A stretch of 64,000 bases of DNA from Gemmatimonadota bacterium (GTDB taxonomy: Bacteria; Gemmatimonadota; Gemmatimonadetes; Gemmatimonadales; GWC2-71-9), in assembly GCA_031400975.1 (NCBI GenBank), contig JANNQX010000168.1, positions 591-64,590 of the forward strand, written 5' to 3'. How positions within the stretch are numbered: position 1 is the first letter of the stretch; the number at the start of each line of letters is the position of its first letter. The notes under the pieces were generated by a model. That model ran no database searches and had not been told where the DNA came from. It was given only the letters and a program-made list of their open reading frames with translations. Both the position numbers and the translations under genes were made by a program. Below, piece after piece: positions 27,380-36,732 of the stretch.

Positions 27380-28393
27380 ATGACCAGACACCGCCCGCGG
27401 GTCGATCCCCTGATGGCTGACGCGCCACCGACTTTGCAAGCTATCATCGCGGCGGCGACCCGGCTGGCGCCGTTCGTTCGCCAGACGCCGGTGTGGGACT
27501 GGCGGGACGACTTAGTCAGAGCCACCATCAAACTTGAACTATTCCAGCACTCCGGCACGTTTAAGGCTCGGGGTGCCGTGAACAACGTTCTGGCGATGAC
27601 GGACGACCAGCGGCGTCGCGGTGTGACGGCGGTGAGCGCTGGGAACCATGCGGCGGCGGTATCCTACGCGGCTCACACGCTCGGCACCAGCGCTAAAGTG
27701 GTGATGCCGAAGACCGCGAGCCCGGCTCGGGTGGCGATGTGCCATGGGTTCGGCGCCGAGGTCGTGCTGGCCGAGGATGTCAACGAGGCGTTCACCCTGG
27801 TTAAGCACATCGAGTTATCGGAGGGGCGGACATTCGTTCACCCGTTCGAGGGCGTACTCACGGCCACGGGCACGGCCACCCTTGGGCTCGAGTTCATCCG
27901 GCAAGTCGATGACCTCGAAGCCGTGGTCATCCCGATCGGCGGGGGTGGCTTGATCGGCGGCATGGCGGCCGCCATTAAGCAGGTGCGGCCTAGCTGTCTG
28001 GTCTATGGTGTCGAGACCTCCGGCAACGACGTGATCAAACGGAGCGTGGCAAGTGGGGTGCCTGAACGGGCGGCCGGCCCCAACACGATTGCCGACAGTC
28101 TCAGTCCGCCGTTTGCATTGCCATACAGCCTGAGTTTGGTGCAGCGGTTCGTCGATGACATCGTGCTGGTGAGCGACGATGATTTGACCGAGGCGATGTA
28201 TCTGTTGTTCAGCCGGGCCAAGCTGGCGGTTGAGCCGGCCGGGGCCGCAACGACCGCCGCCGCGATCGGTCCGCTCCGCGAGGGGCTCAGGGGGAAACGG
28301 ACCGGCCTGCTGATTTGCGGGGCCAACATCGACGCGGAACGCTTCGCCGAGTACCTCCAGCGGGGCGCGGCACGATGGCACACCCGGGTCTGA
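27380..28393 (+). CDS. second fold-type II PLP-dependent enzyme (threonine dehydratase/sulfo-lyase-like)
   Basis: SGTFKARGAVNNV, VSAGNHAAAVS, IPIGGGGLIGG. An alternative start is ATG 27413. Confidence 0.8.
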   Translation: MTRHRPRVDPLMADAPPTLQAIIAAATRLAPFVRQTPVWDWRDDLVRATIKLELFQHSGTFKARGAVNNVLAMTDDQRRRGVTAVSAGNHAAAVSYAAHTLGTSAKVVMPKTASPARVAMCHGFGAEVVLAEDVNEAFTLVKHIELSEGRTFVHPFEGVLTATGTATLGLEFIRQVDDLEAVVIPIGGGGLIGGMAAAIKQVRPSCLVYGVETSGNDVIKRSVASGVPERAAGPNTIADSLSPPFALPYSLSLVQRFVDDIVLVSDDDLTEAMYLLFSRAKLAVEPAGAATTAAAIGPLREGLRGKRTGLLICGANIDAERFAEYLQRGAARWHTRV

Positions 28394-29115
28394 TCTTTGG
28401 GATCGCATTCGGGGCGACGACATTGTCCGCGATGAGCGGCGGTAGCTCGTCTCTGCTGACCACCCCGGCGTGGTTAGCCCTGGGGTTTCCCTTGCCGACC
28501 GCAATCGGCGCCGACAAAGTAGCGGGAACGTTCTGGACCCTGGTCGGAGCCCGTAACTATCTTCGGCGGCGCCCGATCGATCGGCGGTTGGCGGGCAGTC
28601 TGATTGGCGTCGGACTCGTGGGATCGGTCATCGGTGCCGGCTTGACCGCCTCGGTCGATCCGGTTCGCCTCAAGCGGGTCGTTGGCGGGCTGATCGTGAC
28701 GGCGGTGGTTGCGATCGCCCGGCGGCCGGAGCCGGCTCGGGCGCCGACGGAGCCGAGGCTGGCGAGGTGGGTGGTGGCCGGGCTCGGGCTGCCGTTGGGG
28801 ATGTACGAGGGCATGTTCGGATCTGGCAATTCGATCGCGGTCACCACCCTCCTGATGGGCGGGAGGGGCTTCGACTTCTTGCGAGCGTTGGGCCATTACT
28901 ACCTGGTGGCCTCGGTGTGGTGTGGAGCGGCGGCGATGTCGTACTGGACCGGAGGCGCGTTGGATTTTTCCCTGACCATCCCAGCACTCGCGGGCGCGGT
29001 GGCCGGAGGCTATCTCGGCTCAACACTCGGTGACCGACTGGGCGGGACTCTGGTTCGGAAGGTCTTCCTGGGCGCCGGCTTGCTGTTGGGCACCAAACTA
29101 CTGATCGGTTGGTAG
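28375..29115 (+). CDS. TauE/SafE-family anion exporter (second copy)
   Basis: ATG 28375 (MAHPGLIFGIAFGATTLSAMSGGSSSLL...). Polytopic. Overlaps the PLP gene by 19 nt. Confidence 0.7.
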   Translation: MAHPGLIFGIAFGATTLSAMSGGSSSLLTTPAWLALGFPLPTAIGADKVAGTFWTLVGARNYLRRRPIDRRLAGSLIGVGLVGSVIGAGLTASVDPVRLKRVVGGLIVTAVVAIARRPEPARAPTEPRLARWVVAGLGLPLGMYEGMFGSGNSIAVTTLLMGGRGFDFLRALGHYYLVASVWCGAAAMSYWTGGALDFSLTIPALAGAVAGGYLGSTLGDRLGGTLVRKVFLGAGLLLGTKLLIGW

Positions 29116-29130
29116 GCGTCATTGATTGCG

Positions 29131-29295
29131 ATGATCCTGTACGTGGGGATTCTGGGCGGGCTGACCGTTCTGTTCCTGGCTTCGCTCGGTGCCCTCCGCG
29201 AGGCCGTCCGGCAGCGGGCTCGCTGGCAGGGCATTCTGCTGGCGATAGGATTGGCGTTGGGATCGTTGCTCGGGATGTGGGCCATCCTCATCTGA
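29131..29295 (+). CDS. 54-aa two-helix membrane micro-protein (hypothetical)
   Basis: Below the track length cutoff. The ATG at 29131 opens a frame that ends at the TGA at 29293-29295. It encodes MILYVGILGGLTVLFLASLGALREAVRQRARWQGILLAIGLALGSLLGMWAILI. It fills the gap between the TauE and GNAT genes. Confidence 0.35.
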   Translation: MILYVGILGGLTVLFLASLGALREAVRQRARWQGILLAIGLALGSLLGMWAILI

Positions 29296-29308
29296 ACCAG
29301 GGGTCGCG

Positions 29309-29773
29309 ATGACGAACCAACCGGTGGTCCGACAAGCCACATCCGATGATCTCGAGCCGGTCGTACAACTGTTTGACCAATACCGGCAGTTCTATCGGCT
29401 GGCCTCCGATCTTGCCGCGGCCCGCGCCTTCATCGGGACCCGGCTTCAGAACGGCGACTCGATCATCTTCGTGGTTCAGGCCGAACCTGGGGGTGCGATT
29501 GTCGGTTTTACGCAGCTGTATCCGCTGTTCGCCTCGCTGTCGATTGGGCGGGCTTTCGTGTTGAACGATCTCTTCGTGAGCCCGGTGGCCCGGGGGCTTG
29601 GCCTCGGCCGGCACCTGCTTGATCGAGCTGCTGAGTACGGGCGAGAGACCGGGGCTCGATACCTGGAGTTGTCGACCGAAACCACCAACGCGGCGGCCCA
29701 ACGGCTGTACGAAAAAATGGGTTGGGTGCGAGACACCCAGTTTCTTCACTACTCGTTGGATCTCAGGCCTTGA
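29309..29773 (+). CDS. GNAT-family N-acetyltransferase
   Basis: 154 aa. Acetyl-CoA motif VSPVARGLGLGRHLLDRAAEYG and AAQRLYEKMGW. Confidence 0.85.
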   Translation: MTNQPVVRQATSDDLEPVVQLFDQYRQFYRLASDLAAARAFIGTRLQNGDSIIFVVQAEPGGAIVGFTQLYPLFASLSIGRAFVLNDLFVSPVARGLGLGRHLLDRAAEYGRETGARYLELSTETTNAAAQRLYEKMGWVRDTQFLHYSLDLRP

Positions 29774-30522
29774 CTGGGCCGTTCCAGGATCATTTTTCGG
29801 CTCGGGCGGCCGGGTACGCCGTGTTCCGTCCGTCGTACCCGGCCAATCTGTTCGCATGGCTGGCCGACGCGAGTCCGGATCGGAACGCCGCCTGGGACTG
29901 CGGCACCGGGAGCGGGCAAGCGGCCCTCGGACTCGCACCCTACTTCCGCCAGGTTGTGGCCACGGATGCGAGCCCATCGCAACTCGAGCATGCCAAGGCT
30001 GCCCCCGGGGTCGAGTATCGGCTGGCCCCGGCCGAGGCATCGGGCCTGGCTGACCAGTCGATGGACCTCGTTACCGTAGCCCAGGCCCTCCACTGGTTCG
30101 ACCGTCCCAAGTTTTTCGCCGAGGCAGGCCGGGTGCTCCGGCCCGGTGGCCTGCTTGCCTGCTGGATGTACAACCTGATGCAAGTCGACTCCGAGTTCGA
30201 CCGCGTGGTTGGTCATTTGTATTCCGAAATCGTGGGTCCGTTCTGGCCCGGTGATCGAATCCTGCTCGACCAAGACTACCGGACGATTGAGTTCCCGTTC
30301 CCGGAATTTGAGCCCCCGTCTTTCGGAATGGCCGAGGAGTGGTCATTTTCCCATGTGATGGGATACCTTCGCACCTGGTCGGCAGTGACTCGATACCTCA
30401 ACGCCCAGGGCCACGATCCGGTGGCTCTGGTAGAACCCGACTTGCTGGCGACCTGGGGACCTCCGGATCGCACTCGGGTGGTTCGTTGGCCCCTGGTACT
30501 CCGGGTTGCCCGGCCCAACTAG
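29770..30522 (+). CDS. class I SAM-dependent methyltransferase
   Basis: Motif I AWDCGTGSGQAAL. The probable TTG start at 29770 overlaps the GNAT stop (TTGA). The track start is 29722. Confidence 0.8.
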   Translation: MTGPFQDHFSARAAGYAVFRPSYPANLFAWLADASPDRNAAWDCGTGSGQAALGLAPYFRQVVATDASPSQLEHAKAAPGVEYRLAPAEASGLADQSMDLVTVAQALHWFDRPKFFAEAGRVLRPGGLLACWMYNLMQVDSEFDRVVGHLYSEIVGPFWPGDRILLDQDYRTIEFPFPEFEPPSFGMAEEWSFSHVMGYLRTWSAVTRYLNAQGHDPVALVEPDLLATWGPPDRTRVVRWPLVLRVARPN

Positions 30523-30543
30523 TTCAACCGTGAGGTCGTTGTA

Positions 30544-31893
30544 ATGATTGCCGCACTCCTTGTCTTGACCGCGCTCCCGCCGAACCTGCCGCAGCCTCCT
30601 CGCCGCTACGCGTTCATCAACGTCTCGGTCGTGCCGATGGATCGCGATCGGGTCTTGTCAGGCCAAACCGTCCTGGTCGAAGCGGATCGAGTTACCGTAG
30701 TCGGACCGACTGCTTCGGTTGCCATCCCGGCCGGTGCGATTCGGATCGACGGGCGGGGCAAGTTCCTGATCCCAGGCTTGGCGGAAATGCATGCCCACAT
30801 TCCGCCCGGTCCTCGGGTGGCGGACTCGACGATTGAGCGAGTGCTCGCGTTGTTCGCACTGAACGGGGTGACCACGGTGCGCGGGATGCTGGGCGATCCG
30901 CGCCATCTGCCGCTTCGCGATCGGGTGGCTCGGGGCGAGTTGTTGAGTCCGACGATCTATTCCTCGAGTCCCTCGGTCAACGGCAACTCGATGATCACTC
31001 TCAAGGCGGCGGCGGATTCGGTGACGAAGTACCGCCAAGCGGGGTACGATTTTCTCAAGATCCATCCGGGATTGTCCCGCGCCATCTTCGACACGATCGC
31101 CGCTACGGCGTCGCGAGTCGGGATTCGGTTTGCGGGCCACGTCCCGCTCGATGTCGGGATCGAACGCGCCATCGAGGCTCACTACTGGTCGATCGACCAC
31201 TTCGACGGCGTTATGGAGGGACTGGTGCCCGAGCAGCGGGCGTTTACGGCTCAGGAGGACGGTTTCTTTGGGCTCGGTCTGGTCGACCGGGCGGACGAGC
31301 GCCGAATCCCGATCCTCGCCGCCAAGGCCAAGGCCGCCGGCGTCTGGGTGGTGCCGACGGAAACCTTGATGCGGCACATCGTGGGGAACTATTCGGTCGA
31401 TGAGATGCGGCGGTGGCCGGAGATCAAGTACATGACGGCTGCCGAGGTCGACGGGTGGGTTCGGACGACGACCGCGATGCGGGGCGACCCGTCCTTGCCG
31501 GCTGCTTCGAAGGTCCGGTATCTCGATTTACGGAAGAAGATCATTCGAGGGTTCTCCGACGCAGGCGTTGGCTTTCTGCTCGGTTCCGACGCGCCACAGG
31601 TGTGGAACGTGCCGGGTTTTTCGCTGTGGCGCGAATTAGCCTATCTGGTCGAGGCCGGCCTGACTCCGTTCCAGGCGCTCGAATCAGGGACGCGGAACGT
31701 GGCGATTTACTTTGGAACCGAGGCCACCACCGGCACGATCGCCGCCGGCAAGCGCGCCGACATGATCCTCATCGACGGAAACCCGCTCCAAGACATAGCC
31801 AGTGTCGGGCGCCAGAGCGGCGTCATGGTGAGAGGCCGGTGGCTTGACCGCTCGGAGATTGCCGAGCGGCTCAAGGCCATCGCAGCGAAGTAG
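30544..31893 (+). CDS. secreted amidohydrolase-family protein
   Basis: 449 aa. Metal motif GLAEMHAHIP, also GSDAP. C-terminal ADMILIDGNPL. Confidence 0.75.
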   Translation: MIAALLVLTALPPNLPQPPRRYAFINVSVVPMDRDRVLSGQTVLVEADRVTVVGPTASVAIPAGAIRIDGRGKFLIPGLAEMHAHIPPGPRVADSTIERVLALFALNGVTTVRGMLGDPRHLPLRDRVARGELLSPTIYSSSPSVNGNSMITLKAAADSVTKYRQAGYDFLKIHPGLSRAIFDTIAATASRVGIRFAGHVPLDVGIERAIEAHYWSIDHFDGVMEGLVPEQRAFTAQEDGFFGLGLVDRADERRIPILAAKAKAAGVWVVPTETLMRHIVGNYSVDEMRRWPEIKYMTAAEVDGWVRTTTAMRGDPSLPAASKVRYLDLRKKIIRGFSDAGVGFLLGSDAPQVWNVPGFSLWRELAYLVEAGLTPFQALESGTRNVAIYFGTEATTGTIAAGKRADMILIDGNPLQDIASVGRQSGVMVRGRWLDRSEIAERLKAIAAK

Positions 31894-31894
31894 G

Positions 31895-33298
31895 TCAGCG
31901 AGGCAGCCGTTCGGGCATGTCCGCGACGACGTACGCCATGACCGCCATGGCGGCCACGTTCATGGCCACCTCTCGAGGGTCGAGTTTGTCGACGTTGTCG
32001 GCTTCGGTATGATGGTACCAGAAGTACTTGGTGCCATCGACGTTGTGCCCCATGCCGGGAACGCCTAACGCCATGATCGGTCCGATGTCGGCGCCGCCAC
32101 CGTTCGGCCCGATCGAATCGGCTCCGACCCGCCGGAGTAGAGGCGCAATCCGCTTGAGGATCGCCCGCGCCGCTTCTGATCCGGTGAAGCCGAAGCCGGT
32201 CGGGCGGAAGACCCCCCCGTCCGACTCAATCGCGAGCAGGTGATTGGCGAGTTCACTCCGGTGGGCGTCGCGGTACGCGGTACCACCCCGGCCTCCGTTT
32301 TCCTCGTTGGTCCAACCCACCACCCGAATGGTCCGGCGGGGCCGAAGGCCAAGCTGCTTCATGAGCCGGATGGCCTCCCAGGCGATGATCACTCCGCCGC
32401 CATCGTCCATCGCGCCGGTGCCCACGTCCCAGGAATCGGTGTGACCGCCCATCACGACGATCTCATCCGGTTTCTCGGACCCCCGGATCTCGGCGACCAC
32501 GTTCTTGGACGGGGAATCCGGCAACATCGCCGCCGACATCTCCACCTTCACGACGACCGGCTCGCCCCGGTTCCGGATCCGATGGATCATCGACGCATCT
32601 TCCGCGGTGATCGCGAAGTGGGGAATGGCGGGCACCGCCGGATCGTAGCGCATTCCGCCGGTGTGAGGCGTTCGCATTCCGAAGGGCCCGACCGACCGGA
32701 TCATGCTGGCAACGGCCCCGACCTTCGCCGCCTCGATGGCGCCGGTGCCGCGGTATTGGACCGTGGCCCCGTAGTTGGTGAACGGGACGTCGAACAACAC
32801 GATCTTGCCCTTGGCTTCGGCCGCGCGGGCTTTGAGATCGTCGAAGCTGGAGACCACCATAACTTCGGCAGTGATGCCGCCGGCCGGCGTAGCAATGCTG
32901 CCGCCGAGGCCGAGCATGGGGAGCGCGCCGAAGCGGGGTTGGAGCATCGCCGCGCTTTCCTTGCCCCGAACCCACCGGGGCACCATCACCGGCTCGCCCC
33001 GGACGTTCTCGAGACCCTCGGCCTTCATCCGTTCGAGGATCCAATCATGGGCCTGCTCGAGGGCGGCTGATCCGGAAATCCGGCTTCCGAAGCGATCGCC
33101 CAGCTCGGCGATCTTGTTCCAGGCGGCGCTGTCGGCCAGGGCCGCCGAGGTCAGCCGATCGGCAATGGTCTGGTAACGGGCGATGAGAGGATCAGGCTGG
33201 GGCTGGGCCGCGAGGGTCGAAACGGAGAGAGCGGCCAGCGCGAGGTAACGGGGGGAAAGTGACATTTTGGGCTGTTTTCGGGGGTTGGAAGTCCCCAA
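31895..33298 (-). CDS. M28-family aminopeptidase with PA domain
   Basis: VVMGGHTDSWDVGTGAMDDGGG and NEENGGRG zinc-ligand motifs. The likely start is the internal ATG at 33265 (MSLSPRYLALAALSVSTLAAQ). Confidence 0.85.
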   Translation of the reverse strand: MGTSNPRKQPKMSLSPRYLALAALSVSTLAAQPQPDPLIARYQTIADRLTSAALADSAAWNKIAELGDRFGSRISGSAALEQAHDWILERMKAEGLENVRGEPVMVPRWVRGKESAAMLQPRFGALPMLGLGGSIATPAGGITAEVMVVSSFDDLKARAAEAKGKIVLFDVPFTNYGATVQYRGTGAIEAAKVGAVASMIRSVGPFGMRTPHTGGMRYDPAVPAIPHFAITAEDASMIHRIRNRGEPVVVKVEMSAAMLPDSPSKNVVAEIRGSEKPDEIVVMGGHTDSWDVGTGAMDDGGGVIIAWEAIRLMKQLGLRPRRTIRVVGWTNEENGGRGGTAYRDAHRSELANHLLAIESDGGVFRPTGFGFTGSEAARAILKRIAPLLRRVGADSIGPNGGGADIGPIMALGVPGMGHNVDGTKYFWYHHTEADNVDKLDPREVAMNVAAMAVMAYVVADMPERLPR

Positions 33299-33362
33299 GT
33301 CTAGCGCTCCGTCCGTCGCATCTCTAGTATCAACCTACCTCCGGAGACTGAAGGAAAGCATC

Positions 33363-33881
33363 ATGGTGACCGATTTGATGTTTGCCGTGAGTTTGGCGAT
33401 GGGCTGCGGCGGTACGCCGATGGACCAGCTGATCTCGATCATCCGAGATCGAAACTACTCTAAGCAGATCGACACCCTGGGGATGGAGCAGATCGTTCAG
33501 GCGCCAGCGAATGAGGTTTGGAAGGCGCTGCCGACTGTCCTGTCCGACCTGGGGCTCGAGGTGAATTTCTTGGAGCCCGAGACGAAGCGGATGGGGGCCT
33601 GTTACCAGAAAGTCCGGGTCCGGCTGGCCAAGGAGACGTTGTCGACCTATGTCGATTGCGGTGACAGTCGAGGGTTGCCTAACGCCGACCGATACGAAGT
33701 AGCCATGACCGTGCTGGTCTCCGTCTCTGCGACCTCCCCGACGACGACGAAGGCTTATGTTTTTGTGCTGGGCGTGGGCCTGGATACGTCGGGCGCGGCC
33801 AGCAAACGGCTCTGGTGTTTCTCGAAGGGGGCGTTGGAGGACCGAATCCGAATGCAGCTCGAGGTCCAAACGCGGGCTTGA
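33363..33881 (+). CDS. hypothetical lipoprotein
   Basis: ATG 33363 gives MVTDLMFAVSLAMGC (lipobox), 172 aa. No known motif. Confidence 0.5.
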   Translation: MVTDLMFAVSLAMGCGGTPMDQLISIIRDRNYSKQIDTLGMEQIVQAPANEVWKALPTVLSDLGLEVNFLEPETKRMGACYQKVRVRLAKETLSTYVDCGDSRGLPNADRYEVAMTVLVSVSATSPTTTKAYVFVLGVGLDTSGAASKRLWCFSKGALEDRIRMQLEVQTRA

Positions 33882-33926
33882 CCGTCTGTTTGCGGCCGAG
33901 ATGACTCCGTCTTTCCGTGGGCTCCG

Positions 33927-34817
33927 ATGAGGCGATTCATACTCCTGGTGACGGGCGGTCTGCTCATCCAGGCCGGTCCGGCGTCCGGCCAAACCGCCTC
34001 CAAACTCGACCTCTACTGGAAGAAGTTGGAGAGCGACGTGGCTAAGGTCGAGTCGTCGTTCGATGGAGTCATGGGAGTGGCGATCAAGGATTTGACCGAC
34101 GGGCGGACCTACTTCCTCAACGCCGATGAGCCGATGCCGACCGCGAGTATGATCAAGATCGCGGTGCTGGCCGAACTGTTCCGTCAGAATCGGATGACCG
34201 AGCGGTATGTGGTTGATCGAAAGGACGGGTTGGCCGGTGACGACATCCTGGCCCGCCTGTCGCCCGGGGTTACCTCGCTGACTCTTCGGGACGTCGCCGT
34301 GTTGATGGTGGCCGTCAGCGACAACTCGGCGACGAACGTGCTGATTGACCGGCTCGGGATGGCCAACATCAACCGTCTGCTCGAGAGTCTGGGCCTTAAG
34401 AACACTCGGCTGAACCGGCGGATGCTCGATCTCGACACCGCCAGGGCCGGCCGTGAGAATGTGGCCACTCCCCGTGAGATGGTCGCGCTACTCGAGGCAA
34501 TTCGCGGCGGCCGAGCCTTCCCGGCGGAGCGGCTGGCTGGGTTTATCGAGATCCTCGGAATGCACAAAGAGGGTTATCTCAACCGGTGGCTTCCCGAGGG
34601 CGCCTTAATCGCCAACAAGCCGGGATGGCTGGACGGCGTGCGAACCGACGCCGCCCTGGGCCTGCTCCCGAAGCGGCCGTACGCGGTGGCGGTCATGACC
34701 ACGTTTGGCCCGACTGACCGGACCCCGGACGATGCGCTTGCGGCAATCGGGAAGCTGGTCCACGATTTCTTCGACCGGCTGGGGCGCTCGTCCGACTTCG
34801 GCCGGTTGATGCCATAA
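33927..34817 (+). CDS. class A beta-lactamase-fold serine hydrolase
   Basis: SxxK (ASMIK) and SDN (VSDNSATN) are present. The third motif is KPG instead of KTG. Confidence 0.7.
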   Translation: MRRFILLVTGGLLIQAGPASGQTASKLDLYWKKLESDVAKVESSFDGVMGVAIKDLTDGRTYFLNADEPMPTASMIKIAVLAELFRQNRMTERYVVDRKDGLAGDDILARLSPGVTSLTLRDVAVLMVAVSDNSATNVLIDRLGMANINRLLESLGLKNTRLNRRMLDLDTARAGRENVATPREMVALLEAIRGGRAFPAERLAGFIEILGMHKEGYLNRWLPEGALIANKPGWLDGVRTDAALGLLPKRPYAVAVMTTFGPTDRTPDDALAAIGKLVHDFFDRLGRSSDFGRLMP

Positions 34818-34827
34818 TGGATGTTCG

Positions 34828-35313
34828 ATGACTCCGACCCTGGCCCCGTTGGCCGATCTCTTTCGGCTCAACACGAATCTGTTTCGGAATACTTTGGCCA
34901 ATCTCGATGAGGTCGATGGGACGGCCCGGCCCAACGAGTACACCAACAGTGCCGGGTTCATCGGCGGGCATTTGGTTGAAACCCGGGCCTGGATGGGCCG
35001 TTATCTGGGTCTCGCCACGGCCGCCCCTTTCGGCGGGGTTCTGGAACACGCGGCGAGCCTGGAGCAGGTCACCGAATTGCCGACATTGGCCGCCATCCGG
35101 TCGGAGTGGGACAAGGTGAGCACCGCGGTGACGGCGAGTCTCGACGGTTTGACGGAAAAACAGCTGGCCGGCCCGGGGAGTCAGAAATTTCCAGGTGTCG
35201 CGCCGACCCTGTTGGGGGGGATCGCGTTTCTATTGCAGCACGAGTCGTATCACATTGGGCAGTTGGCATATCTCCGGAAGTATCTCGGGCTTCCACCGAT
35301 GTCGTATCGGTAA
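34828..35313 (+). CDS. DinB-family four-helix-bundle protein
   Basis: 161 aa. HLVETRAWM ... HESYHIGQLAYL, the typical DinB His triad spacing. Confidence 0.7.
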   Translation: MTPTLAPLADLFRLNTNLFRNTLANLDEVDGTARPNEYTNSAGFIGGHLVETRAWMGRYLGLATAAPFGGVLEHAASLEQVTELPTLAAIRSEWDKVSTAVTASLDGLTEKQLAGPGSQKFPGVAPTLLGGIAFLLQHESYHIGQLAYLRKYLGLPPMSYR

Positions 35314-35349
35314 CATCCCGGTCAATTCGACACCTGAAAGGTCACGGTC

Positions 35350-36732
35350 ATGCGGCAGAACCTGATAGCGGTAGTGGGTACGTTGGCGATGATGGCATGT
35401 GGTGGGACCAAGCCAGGGACGGCGCCCGCCGGGAACGCCGCCCGCCAGGCCTTGGTCGCCCAGATCGACTCGCTGATCAGCGAGCCGATCAAAGCCGGGA
35501 AGGTGGCCGGCGCGTCGATCGCCATCGTCAAGGGCCGGGATACCATTGCCGTCCAGGGTTTCGGTAAAGCGAATCTCGAATACGACCTTCCCACCATGGC
35601 TCGTGCCACCTATGAAATCGGTTCGGTGACGAAGCAGTTTACCGGGGCCGCAATCATGCAGTTGGTGGAGCAAGGGAAGATCAATCTCAGCGATGATCTG
35701 TCCAAGCATCTGCCGGACTACAATGCTCAGGGGCGGAAGATCACCATCGAGCGGTTGCTCGACCATACCTCGGGTATCAAGGGATATACCGAGATGGCGG
35801 AATTCGGACCTCTGGCGACCCAGAAACTCCCCCGCGATACCCTGGTCAAGATGTTCAGCAAGAAGCCCTTCGATTTCGAGCCCGGTCAAGAGCAGATCTA
35901 TAACAACTCAGCGTTTTTCTTGGCCGGTCTGATTATCGCGAAGGTCAGTGGGATGCCCTATGAGGAGTATGTCCAGAAGAATCTCTTCGACAAAGCCGGA
36001 ATGAAGGACGCCCACTACTGCAGTGAGACGCGGGTCGTCAAGAACAAAGCCACCGGCTACGACACGGACTCCACCGGGCTCATTCAAAAAGCCGCGATGA
36101 GCCATCAATGGCCCTACGCCGCTGGTTCGCTCTGTTCGTCTGCCATCGACCTGGTGGCCTGGAACGAGGCGTTGCACCGCGACGGCAAGATCCTCGGGGC
36201 CGCGGCCTACCAAGAGTTCGTGACTCCGGAGACCCTAACCGATGGCAGCGTCCTGGGGTATAGCAAAGGGATCGCGGTGTATCCTCGGGTTGGCCACCGG
36301 GCGCTCCACCACGGCGGCGGCATCCCGGGCTTCTTGTCCCAAAACATCTACTTCCCTGACGATAGCTTGAGTGTCGTCGTTCTGTTCAACGGCGCGGGCG
36401 AGGGCCCTGATAAGTATGCCGTGAAGATCGCCGAGTTGATCCTTGGGAAGCCAGCCGATCCGGCCAAACCGATGGACGGCGACCCGGCTCGATTCGCGGG
36501 TGTCTATGCGGGCCGAGGCCGGGGCCAGCCGATGGAGCTCACGATTGTGGTGGCTGACGGCAAGGTGACGGTCAAGCTGCCGGGCCGGGACAAGCCGGAT
36601 ACTCTGACCTACGTCGGAAGTAATACGTTCGCGATGAATGAGACCCAGGCGATCTTTTCGGAGCAGGGCGGTAGGATCGGCAAACTTCGGATCGACGCCG
36701 GTTACGGCAACAACGTCCTGACCAGGAAGTAG
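35350..36732 (+). CDS. serine hydrolase (class C beta-lactamase/PBP4-like), copy 1
   Basis: SVTKQFT (SxxK), YNNSAFFLAG (YxN), HHGGGIPGF. Signal or lipoprotein N-terminus (LAMMAC). Confidence 0.85.
   Translation: MRQNLIAVVGTLAMMACGGTKPGTAPAGNAARQALVAQIDSLISEPIKAGKVAGASIAIVKGRDTIAVQGFGKANLEYDLPTMARATYEIGSVTKQFTGAAIMQLVEQGKINLSDDLSKHLPDYNAQGRKITIERLLDHTSGIKGYTEMAEFGPLATQKLPRDTLVKMFSKKPFDFEPGQEQIYNNSAFFLAGLIIAKVSGMPYEEYVQKNLFDKAGMKDAHYCSETRVVKNKATGYDTDSTGLIQKAAMSHQWPYAAGSLCSSAIDLVAWNEALHRDGKILGAAAYQEFVTPETLTDGSVLGYSKGIAVYPRVGHRALHHGGGIPGFLSQNIYFPDDSLSVVVLFNGAGEGPDKYAVKIAELILGKPADPAKPMDGDPARFAGVYAGRGRGQPMELTIVVADGKVTVKLPGRDKPDTLTYVGSNTFAMNETQAIFSEQGGRIGKLRIDAGYGNNVLTRK

Noticed and set aside
33927-34817. 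Clinically relevant class A beta-lactamase resistance gene
   Set aside because: SxxK and SDN are present, but the KTG box reads KPG and I could not place an E166-type omega-loop motif. It is called only as a beta-lactamase-fold serine hydrolase.
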